64,000 bases of DNA from Zygnema circumcarinatum SAG 698-1b (lineage: Eukaryota; Plantae; Zygnematophyceae), in the NCBI GenBank assembly GCA_037447605.1, contig CM074819.1, positions 1,696,297 through 1,760,296 of the forward strand, read 5' to 3'. Shown piece after piece: positions 25,701-37,000 of this stretch. Every line of letters begins with the position of its first letter. Within the stretch, counting starts at the first letter, position 1. The translations under genes and the position numbers were made by a program. The notes under the pieces are model-generated. The model was not told where the DNA came from. It made no database searches and saw only the letters and a list, made by a program, of their open reading frames with translations.

Positions 25701-28700
25701 AGCTGATGGGGCTCCACCACAGCGACTCTATGGCTGTCAATGGAATGTTGTATATGCTCGGGCGCAGTCATCTGATGGTATGCTGCTTCCATATTCTTTG
25801 TTCTTGTTGTTTGGATTAAACAATCTTGTGAATAAAGGTCCTGCTTAAACAGAATGCGTTTATCGTCTAGGCCCTAGCATTTCATTCCGTTAAACTTGAA
25901 AAGGAGTTTGAACTTGAAAAGCTGCTAAATGTTCTGGAAGACTACTTTTTGGGATGGCAAGAAAGCCATCTAAGTTCTGAAAATGTTTTATCAAACGGAA
26001 ACATCATCTAGGTGCTATCCACTTGAACCATGCTAAAGTATTAACTCACACATCTTTCCTTCAAGGAAGAAAAAAAAAGGTAGCTCCGTCCCGCCTTGCC
26101 GCATGTATAAGCCATGCTAATGTGAATCCTGAAATTCTCTCCCTTTTTATTATTGTAGGTGTTCCCCCATTGGTCTCAAGGCGAGTGCTGGAGATTCTCA
26201 CCTATTTGGCCAGACATCATAGCCAAGTTGCTCATCAGTTATTGCTTCTTGAGAGACCGGAAAGTACTACAATCCCACAACAAGGTTTGCTTTCACCTCG
26301 TGCGAAAGAAAAGGGGAAAGCCAAAATTATGGAGCCGGCTACTCCTTTCGAGAAGGCTGGAGAGAAAGTGAAAGAGGTCCCCTTAATTTTGCTTCTGAAA
26401 TTGCTGAACCAACCGTTGTATTATCGGAGTAGTGCTCATTTGGAACAGGTGAGTCAGGCAAACATGTAGAAGTGCCAGTTATATGTTACTTTTCTGCATT
26501 GTTAAAGTAGGGTTATTTGTAAAGTAGACATGAGACTGCTCTGTGTTAGTGTATGGATAGTCTTCTCATGGGAAGGAAATAACCCTAATGTGGCGAAAAA
26601 GCCTAGTTAACAGTCAGTTTTGAACTCCCAGCAGTTTTCTTGCCTCGTCATTCGCTCTGCAAGTGCTGCTGACATGATTTATTACTCCATAATCTTTGAG
26701 TTATTGTTATGTTTAACCTCGTACTTTAGGACGCTTTATAGCTATCCCTCCTCTGTTTCCTTTGTCCCTTCATTTGTTGTGCAAGCTCTAACTTCCTGAT
26801 CTATCTATCTTTGTCCTGGTCTTTTGTTCCTTCTCCTCTCTCTTTCTCACTCTCTCTCTTTCTCTTTTTCTCTCTCTCGCTCCCACTCTCCTGCCAGGTC
26901 ATGGGCCTGCTTGAGGTAGTCGCTCGCAGTGCTGGAGTAGAGGCAACAGAGTCCCGCAATCGAATAAAAGCAGCAGCCGCTGCAAGGGCTGCTGAGATCG
27001 CTTCAGCAGCAGCAGCAGCTGCTGCTCATGCTGCTGCTGCTGCACGTGCAAACCTACCCTCCATAGGTCCTGCTATTACATCACAAACTACAGTCCAACC
27101 CATGTCAGAAGCAAGCCCAGAAATTGCAGAAACAGCACTTCAAATCTCCTCTACCCCTTCAGTGGCTGCTGCGGAAGAAGAGGCTACTCTTCCTTCTCAT
27201 GTTGAAGGTTCTGAAGGAGGTGAAGCTGTGGCTATGGCTACCACGGAGACGGGTACAGGCGGTGGTGTAGAAGTGGAACAAGGAGCTGCAAATGAGCGAG
27301 AGAGAGGAAGGGATGGTGGGAGAGAAGGTGGAATGCCTGTAGAAAAGGTAGAGGCAGGTGAAGCTCAGCAGGGGCCTACATCTGTAATAGAGCCTGAAGG
27401 AGGCCCTCTACCAATGGCATTGACTGTACTGTCTGAATTGCCCAAGACTGAGCTGCAAGTACTCTGCCAATTATTAGCCCGGGAAGGGTGAGATTCCCTC
27501 TCTCTTATTGCAGAGACCTCTTTCAACGTTTGTTCATTTATATTGAAGAAATGCACCGTCGATGTTGTATTTTACTTATGAAGTTTTTCATTTTTTTTCT
27601 GTAGGTTATCCGACACTGCTTATGCGCGAGTCTCCACTGTTTTGAAGCTTCTTGCTGATGCTGTTCCCCCACATCGTCTGCTCTTCATAGAGGAGTTGGC
27701 TGAAGCTGCTCGTCAGCTTAGTGGGCGGGCAATAGCAGAGCTGCAAGCACTGGGAGAGAATGAAGCCGTTCTGAATAGCAGCTCAATGGCAGGGGCCGCT
27801 ACTTTACGAGTGCTGCAGACTCTAAGTGCTCTGCTCTCTATGAGCGGGAGTTTGAAGGTGAGAGAAACTGGGGTGAGGTCTTTTATGAATTCGATGACTA
27901 TTTCCTCTCTACAACTGTTTGCCACTCGGCTGAGTTTGTCTAATGAACTTTCTAAGGCTTCTTCTACGGACTACGGTATTCATGCAAGCAGGTTTCTATT
28001 ACTTCTATTACTATTACTTATTATTATTATTTTTTCTATTACTAGGTTTCAGATACTGGGCTTTAAGCTGTGTTTGTAACATCAAGAACAGCTCTCTTTC
28101 CCAGCTTGCCCTGTGCATCCTGAGCTCTACCTTCATTCCCTTCATCTTTCTTTGCGAAGAAATTTATCATCTTGTTCGATTCGGCCTTCAGCAAGTTGCC
28201 TATTGTTCTCAAGACTCAACTAAGAACAAAGTGCACATTGTTATTATACAGACAAACCTTAGCCCATCTTCCACTGCTGAAATCATCCTAATCCTACTCG
28301 TCCCGTGTACTTCCTCCTTTTTGTTCTCAGGAACAGGAAGGAGAATCTGCAGCTCAAGAGAAGGAGGACGGATTAGCAGTTGCAATTGAGCTTAATTCAG
28401 CATTAGAACCTCTCTGGCAAGGCCTCAGCTTATGTGGTACGAAATTTGAAGCTCGTCTTGGAAACTCTGCTACATTCAGTGGCGCTACAGCCGCCGAAAC
28501 TGCAGCAGGGGGAGCCGCTACAGGAGCTGTCACTCCTCTCCCACCCGGAATTCAGAAGCTTCTTCCCTTTGTAGAGGCATTTTTCGTGCTATGTGATCGA
28601 CTGAGAGCAGGTCAGGGAGAGGTAGAACTTGGGGATGAAGTTGTTGGAAAGGCAGTGCCTCGTTCTCCAAGTGTGAATGGAGCAGGCCCGTTTTTAGCTG

Positions 28701-31700
28701 CTTTGCCATCTGCAGATAAGGGAGGGCCTTCATCTTCTTCAAAGGGAATAGTTTCGGTGGTTGGAAATCGAACTGGGAACTCGGTTTCTGAGAGGGGAGG
28801 AACTACCCTTAATAGATTTGCGGAAAAGCACAAGCGTCTATTGAATGCGTTTATCCGACAAAACCATAGTCTTCTAGAGTCGTCCCTTTCGCTTTTGTTG
28901 CGGACTCCCCGACTGCTTGACTTTGACAACAAAAGGACTTATTTCCGAAGCAGAATTCGACAGCAGCATGAGCAGCCTCACTATGGGACTCTGCGAATCA
29001 GCGTGAGGAGGGCGTATATTTTGGAAGATTCCTACAACCAGGTGGAAACCTTTGTTTGGTGACTCCTTGAATGTTGAGTCTTTGGGTAGTGAGGATATTC
29101 GCAGGGTTCATAAACAGTCTATAATCTAAGGCTTGTAAGGTTTCCTTTTCAGCATCTTCAAGTTTGTAGATGGGTTTTGTCCCTAAAATCTATGTCTGGA
29201 GATGCGGAATTTCAGTGTTTCCATTCTAATTTTGGGTCTGAATCTTTTCTGGATATGATGGGATGCGTGGGTTGGCAGCTTCGAATGCGAACTCCTGAAG
29301 AGCTCAAAGGGCGATTAACTGTACAGTTCCAAGGGGAGGAAGGAATCGATGCGGGAGGGCTTACACGAGAGTGGTATTTGCTCCTTTCTAGAGTAATCTT
29401 CGATAAGGGAGCTCTACTTTTTACAACTGTCGGCAATGATTCCACATTTCAGCCTAATCCTAATTCGGTTCTTCAGCCCGAACACCTCTCTTATTTCAAG
29501 TTTGTGGGCCGAGTGGTAAGTTTGCTGGGCCACCTCATTATCAAAATCATCTTCTCCACTTTCAGAACCTCTATATTCTCATTCTTTTCATATGCGAGGG
29601 AATCCGATGCTCTTGCAAGTATCTCAGTTTGCCTACCCTGAAGGAACTTTATGGACCCGTCAAACCCTAGAATCATTAATATCAACAAATCTGTGCGTTA
29701 TGGTTCACTTGATGACCGGAGTCTCCCTCTCCTGTCTCCCTCTCTTCCCCACCTTAGCTTAAGATATTAAGCTTAACGGAACTGGTGCAGGTTGCTAAAG
29801 CGCTATATGATGGACAGCTTCTTGATGTTTACTTCACTCGTTCATTCTATAAGCATATCTTGGGAACAAAAGTAACGTACCATGACATTGAAGCCATTGA
29901 TCCGGACTACTACAAGAACCTGAAATGGATGCTTGAGGTCAGTTTTCTCCTCTCTGCCATGTTTTGTCGGCCCACTCAAACTGCTTTTCAGTTATGTTGG
30001 TTTATTTTGAACCTTTTCGCAGAGGGCAATATTGGCTTAGGCTTAGCCTCTAGAACATCCCAGAGAATGCTCTGAATCATCATTACTGACAAAACACCCC
30101 TCTTACCCACCCCCCCAAATAAAAACGATGTGCTGCAGAATGACATCAGCGACATCTTGGACCTCACTTTCAGTATGGATGCAGATGAAGAAAAGCACAT
30201 TCTGTATGAGAAGGGAGAGGTATGCACGCCGCCTCCTACCTGAAAGAATATTTCATCATGTAACTTTGCTTAGGTCTGTAGTCATTAGTGGGTAGAATTT
30301 CCTAGACTGAAAAATGTGCCCTTCGGTTCCCCAATGGCGACTGCATTGCAAAAGTGGTCTCATGCCAAAGGGGTCAGTAGCGGGCAGAAAGAAATAGAAA
30401 AAAATTCTAAGGGAGGGTGCGAATATAAGCGAGACAAGCTGAATCTTGGAATCCCAGGGCTATATAAAACTCTGCCAGGGTCTGAAGCTGACTCAAGCCC
30501 TCCCTCACATTTCTCTCAGCTTGACTATCTCATATGCTTTACGAGAGAGAGATAGGAGGTTAGCTGTTCCAATTATCCTTATGCATGCTTGTGTTGTAAG
30601 GTGGATGTTTGAGGAAAGAGCTCTGAAAGCTCATTGCAAAGCTCATTCTCTGAACTCCCTTTTTTATATACTTTACTTTTTGTTTGCTGCATATTCTGAC
30701 ATCGTGGATATGGGGCTGAAAACAGGTGACGGACTATGAGCTGATTCCGGGAGGGCGAAATGTGCGTGTAACGGAAGAGAACAAGCATGAATATGTGAAC
30801 CATGTTGCGGAGTATAGAATGACTGTTGCCATTAGACCGCAGATCAACGCTTTTCTGGAAGGTTTCAACGAGCTGATTTCGAGAGATCTGATCTCAATTT
30901 TCAATGACAAGGAACTCGAACTACTAATATCTGGACTCCCTGAAATCGACAGTAAGTCCTTTTATTTCTCAGCAACTGAAATAGAATAAGATAATGGAGG
31001 TTAGGATAATGCAGTTAGGCTACAAGAGGATTGATCTCGGGCAGTTCTGAACAGATGAATGCGTGCATTATAGATGGCATTATCCCTATTTGAGTCTAAT
31101 TTGCATCACGGCATTAACGCTATTTGGGTCTAATTTGCACTATGGGATTAACCCTATGTGGGTCTTGTATGCGTTCTGGGATCAGTCCTATTTAGGTCTA
31201 ATATGCTTTATGGGATCAACCTTTTTTTTGGGGCTGATTTGTGCTTTGTGGGTGCGGCCTCTCTCTCTCTCTCTCTCTCTTGCTTCTTGCAGCTGAGAAT
31301 CTGCGAGCCAATACGGAGTACACAGGATACACTGTGGCAAGCCCTGTCGTTCAGTGGTTCTGGGAGGTAGTGAGAGCATTTTCTAAGGAGGATTGTGCTC
31401 GACTTCTGCAGTTCATCACCGGCACATCCAAGGTCAGCTCTATCACAACAAGCTCTCTCTCAAACTCTCTTTTCAGCTCCTATCAAGGGGCTGTCACTCT
31501 CTCTCAGCCTCACTTAGGGGCTCTGAGGAGGCCTTAACACTGGGAGAGGGTAGAGGCAGAGGGCAGGCAAAGGGTTGAGAACTATGGGTATTTGGACCTT
31601 ATTGCTCTGCTCCATAGAAAGCGGCAAGGTGGTCGTAGTGAAGAACGGAGTCGCCCTTTTCATTCTTGAGCGGCAGTGGACATCAGCCCGAACCCTCCCT

Positions 31701-32718
31701 GAATCCTAGCCTCCTTCTTTATATCCCTCTCTCTCTCCCTCCCTCCATCCCTCCCTCCCTCCCTCCCTCCCTCCTTCCTTCCTCTCCTCCTTCCTGCTGT
31801 TGCTATGGACTACAACATTGCGACAACCTCTCAGTAGAGTTTATGTATACTCTTTGAAGGCAGGTTCTGATTCGTTCCTTTTTTTGGGTGGGGTTGTATT
31901 ATGCTTGGATTGCAGGTGCCTTTGGAGGGATTCAGGGCCTTGCAGGGCATTTCAGGTCCACAGAAGTTTCAGATTCACAAAGCTTACGGCGCACCTGAGA
32001 GACTCCCATCTGCTCATACATGGTATGCTCTCTCTCTCCCTCTCTCTCTCCCTCTCTCTCTCCCATCTCTCTTCCCCCCTCCCCCTCTCTCTCTCGCTTT
32101 CTCTCTTTCTCTCTAAATCTTTCTGTCGTCTTCCTCGCCACCCCGCCTCCTTGTCTCTCGTTTCCTGTCATTTCCTTTCTTCCACATTCCCTGTCCAGCT
32201 TCCGTTCCCTTCCGCAGTCTCCCTTTCCTGTTTGGTAATTGTGTTGTAAACTGATGCATGTTTTGATCTCACCCCTCTCCCCAGTCATTCTCCTCTCCCC
32301 TCCCCCACTACCTCTCGTCCTCGAGTCCAATCTGTCCACATCCTATCTCCCTTCACTCCTCCTATCGGACCTTTCTCATGAGACACCCAAACAATCCAAC
32401 CTCACTGACCTTCCTTGCACCATGAGCATGCCAAGTCTCACACATGCATGGCGAGTGTAAGCGCGAGAGAGCGGGGTACGCACTGAACATGGTTTCTGTA
32501 CATGGTCCCGCTGTAGAGAGGGAGGGGGACAGAGAGAGAGAGAGAGGAAGAGAGAGAGAGAGGGAGAGGGAGGGAGGCACGCACTGAACATAGTTTCTCT
32601 ATGTGGGGCCTACAGTTTCAACCAATTGGACCTTCCCGAATACCCCTCCAAGGAACAACTCCAGGAGAGGCTCCTTCTGGCCATTCATGAAGCCAGTGAG
32701 GGCTTCGGTTTCGGTTAA
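13756..32718 (+). CDS. UPL1: HECT E3 ubiquitin ligase UPL1/UPL2 (HUWE1/Tom1 family), ~4,240 aa, 18 exons: 13756-13788, 14055-14162, 14408-14614, 15213-16713, 16994-24336, 24817-25245, 25567-25777, 26159-26448, 26898-27487, 27605-27857, 28331-29041, 29279-29515, 29791-29937, 30139-30219, 30726-30951, 31293-31432, 31916-32022, 32616-32718
   Basis: GCCACCATG start; N-terminus [15 protein letters not shown]...[21 protein letters not shown]; UBA ([34 protein letters not shown]); UIM ([12 protein letters not shown]); acidic tract; UBM-type repeats ([18 protein letters not shown]); HECT domain ([16 protein letters not shown]...[15 protein letters not shown]...EGFGFG*). Exon lengths sum to 12,717 nt, a multiple of 3. 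Confidence 0.96.
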
Positions 32719-34094
32719 CCATTCGGACATTGGAGCATTGGCTGGTCAGGTCTGGGCAGGGTGGGCCTATCTGGCACGCGTGTCAGTTGGTGTGGTAATC
32801 GGTGCAGGGAGGATAGCTTGCAGATGCTCTTATTCTCCTCACTATTCGCAGTGTGGTAGTGAATCTCTTTCTCTCCCTCGCCTGCCCCCCCCCTTGTTTC
32901 TTTCCTCTTTTTCTCTCTCTATCATTTCCACCCCGCCCCCCTCTCTCTCTCTCTCTTTGTTAGAAAAATGTTGGAGGTGCAGGCGACAAAACAGCTCTGT
33001 AATGTTCTGTAAATGAACTGCTCCGTGGTTTTAGGCCGCACAGTCGCTGGCATCAAACCTTCCTTAGATGCCACTCGTTTTTTTTTCTTCGGAATCATTC
33101 GGAATGAAATGTTTTCTACACTCCAGGCGGCCCTATGGCGGCCTCGTTTTGAGTCGAGTACGGCTGTTGATGTCTTTATCTCTCCCTCACTTGTTCTAAC
33201 GTTTTGAACATGCCTACTCTGTGTGTGTGTCTGCCTGTGCGTGTGTCGAAAGTGCCTGTCTGCTTCTGTCTGTCCCACTTGGCCTCTGCATTTGTCTACA
33301 TCTTTGTCCGTGCCTTTGTCTGTGTTCGCGCCTGTACAATTGTGTCAGTTTGTCTGTGCTTTTCGAAATGCTTACGCAGGATGAGAAAAATAAACAATAG
33401 ACAAGACACAAAGACATATTTGCAATTCGCGAAGACAAAATCAAAAAGTCTTGACTGTTGCAGTAGTTAAAAAGTAGTTTCATACAAAACAATAATTGCT
33501 ATCTGAAATGACCTAAAGCCGCACAATCCGCTTTCCTAGAAACAACCAAAATCTTACCTCTTTGAGGCTGACCCCAAATCCCTGTGACCCAATGCCCTGA
33601 AAACCCCAAAACTCTGAAAATCCTAAAAACTAACGCCTAAAACCCAGAAACTTAAAGATCCCAAACCCCTAAAACCCTGTGAACCCAAACACCCCAGAAC
33701 TGAAACTTCTGACCTTAAAATCCTCTTAGTCTAAATCCCTAAAGCCTACTTCTGTACAAAAAAAAACGTATCAGCCTCACAACTCTTGAGGCTATCAAGA
33801 TCGAGCAACATCCTCTCCAGCCCAACAAATCGCTGAGTGAACCAAAACAGCTCCTTGCGACTGCCCTGTCCTACCCGAAACACCCATCTCTCTCTCTCTC
33901 TCATTCTCTCCTTCCCTCTCCCCCTCCCCTCTCTCTCTCCCTCCCTTTCCCTCTTCCTCTCCCTCTCCCTATCCCCCTCTCCCCCTCTCCCTCTCCCCCT
34001 CTCCTCCTTCCCCCCTCTCCCCCTCCCTCTCCCTCCCCCTCAACCTCTCCCTCTCCCTCTCCCTCTCCCTCTCTCCCTCTCCCCCCCCCCACTC

Positions 34095-37000
34095 TCAGCT
34101 CGCGCTCTCCTCCACCTCCGCCTGTCCGCTCGAAATTTTCGACAAAATTTCAAGCGCTGCCGCCGGGACGCGTGTCCCCGGGCCAAAGATCGCCCCCACT
34201 CCGCTCTCAAAGAGGAAGGAGTAGTCCCCCGGAGGGACCACGCCCCCGACCACCACCAAAATGTCCCCAACATTTTGCTCCTTCAGCTCTTGCATCAGCT
34301 CCGGGATGAGGGTGCGATGTCCCGCCGCCTGCACAGAGAGAGAGAGAGAGAGAGAGAGGAGGGAGAGGGAGGGAGAGAGGGAGGGAGGGAGAGAGAGAGG
34401 AAGAGAGAGAGCGAGATTTTTTTTGATTAAAAATGATCATGTTTTCTCAAAGTATTTCGTTCTTGAGACCTTTTCTTTTTCCTTTCTCAGCAATCCTTCA
34501 CTGTTTCGTTTTAATCCTTCCTTTCGCCACCTCTTTTCACATTTCTATTCATTCCAATGCTCGTTTTCATATTCTTTCGGTTTTTTAGCACTGTATATAG
34601 AACTTAAAATTAGCACCTTATTATCTTTTTTTTCACAGAGAGTGGTGTGGGAGAGGGAGTGGGAGAGGGAGAGGACCTGCGAGCTGACTCCCACGCAGTG
34701 CACGTCCGCCTCCATGGCGTGCCTCGCCACCTCTTTGGGCGTCTGAAAGAGCGGCCCAATGTCCACATCGAACCCGAGGTCCGCCAAACCCGTCGCGATC
34801 ACCTGAGCCACCCGGCCCGCACGTCACGTCGATGTCATCGTTTCTTCCTCTTCTTCTCTCTCTTCTCTTCTCTCTCTCTCTTCTTCTTCTCTTCTCTCTC
34901 TCTCTCTTCTCTCTCTGTTCCCTTCTTCCCACTTCGCGTCTTCATTCTTCTCTTCTCCTGCCCCTGCCTCGCCCACGCCTGTCCCACTCCCTCTCCTTCC
35001 TCCCCTGCTCATCCTCACTCTTTTCCTTTCCCCTCCCTCCCACTCCTCCCCACCTTCTACTGTCCCTCTCCGTTTCCTCCTGCCTCCCTCCTCCCGCCCC
35101 TCTGCTCCTCCCCACTTCCTCCCACTTCCATCTCAACCTCCTTCCCACCTCTCTCTGCCCTTCTTCTCCCTCCCTCCCTTCTCCTCTCCCTTCCTTTCTC
35201 TCCCTCTTCCTCTTCTTCTTCCTCCCTCCTCTCCTCTTTCTTCCTCCTCCTCTCCCTCTCTCCTCTCCTCTCTCACTCTCTCCTCCCTTCCCTCCTTCTC
35301 CCTCTCCTCTCCTCCTCTCCTTCTCCTTCTCCTCTCCTTCCTCTCCTCCTCTCCTCTCCCCCACCTTGGCCCCTCTGTCATGTCCGTCCTGTCCCATCTT
35401 CGCCACAAGAATGCGCGGCCGCCGTCCCGCCCTCAAAGCAAAGGCCTCCGCCGCCGCCTTCGCACGAGATATCTCGTCTGAATCTCCTCCGTACTCTCCG
35501 CTGCAACAGAGAGAGAGAGAGAGGGAGAGAGAGAGAGGAGGGGGAGAGAGAGAGGGGGAGAGAGAAACAGAGGGAGAGAGAGAGGGGGAGAGAGAAACAG
35601 AGGAAGAGAGAGAGGGAGAGAGAAACAAAGGGAGAGAGAGAGGGGGAGAGAGAGAAACAGAGGGAGAGAGGGAGGGGGAGACAGAAACAGAGGGAAAGAG
35701 AGGGGGAGAGAGGAACAGAGGGAGAGAGGGAGGGAGAGAGAGAAACAGAGGGAGAGAGGGAGGGGGAGAGAGAAACAGAGGGAGAGAGAGAGGGGGTGAG
35801 AAACAGAGGGAGAGAGAGAGGGGGAGAGAGAAACAGAGGGAGAGAGAGAGGGGGAGAGAGAAACAGAGGAGAGAGAGGGAGGGGGAGAGAGAAAGAGAGA
35901 GAGAGGGAGGGGGAGAGAGAAACAGAGGGAGAGAGAGAGAGAGTGACACAGAGGGAGAGGAGAGGGGGAGAGAAACAGAGGGAGAGAGAGAGGGAGTGAG
36001 AAACAGAGAGAGAGAGGGGGAGAGAGAACAGAGAGAGAGAGAGGGAGAGGGAGAGAGAAACAGAGGGAGAGAGAGAGGGGGAGAGAGAAACAGAGGGAGA
36101 GAGAGAGGGAGTGAGAAACAGAGGGAGAGAGAGAGGGGGAGAGAGAAACAGAGGGAGAGAGAGAGGGGAGAGAGAAACAGAGGGAGAGAGAGAGGGGGAG
36201 AGAGAAACAGAGGGAGAGAGAGGGGGAGAGAGAAACAGAGAGAGAACAGAGGAGAGAGAGAGGGAGAGAGAGAAACAGAGGGAGAGAGAGAGAGGGAGAG
36301 AGAGAGAGGGGGGAGAGAGAAACAGAGGGAGAGAGAGAGGGAGTGAGAAACAGGGGGAGAGAGAGAGGGAGAGAGAGAAACAGAGGGAGAGAGGAGAGAG
36401 GGAGAGAGAAACAGAGGGAGAGAGAGAGGGGGAGAGAGAAACAGAGGGAGAGAGAGAGGGGGAGAGAGAAACAGAGGGAGAGAGAGGGGGAGAGAGAAAC
36501 AGAGGGAGAGAGAGAGGGAGAGAGAAACAGAGGGAGAGAGAGAGGGGGAGAGAGAAACAGAGGGAGAGAGGAACAGAGGGAGAGAGAGAGGGGGAGAGAG
36601 AAACAGAGGGAGAGAGGGAGGGGGAGAGAGAAACAGAGGAAGAGAGAGAGGGAGAGAGAAACAAAGGGAGAGAGAGAGGGGGAGAGAGAGAAACAGAGGG
36701 AGAGAGGGAGGGGGAGAGAGAAACAGAGGGAAAGAGAGGGGGAGAGAGGAACAGAGGGAGAGAGGGAGGGAGAGAGAGAAACAGAGGGAGAGAGGGAGGG
36801 GGAGAGAGAAGAGAGAGGAGAAACAGAGGGAGAGAGAGAGGGGGAGAGAGAAGGGGGAGAGAGAAACAGAGGGAGAGAGAGAGAAACAGAGGGAGAGAGA
36901 GAGGGAGAGAGAAACAGAGGGAGAGAGAGAGGGGGAGAGAGAAACAGAGGGAGAGAGAGAGGGGAGAGAGAAACAGAGGGAGAGAGAGAGAAACAGAGGG

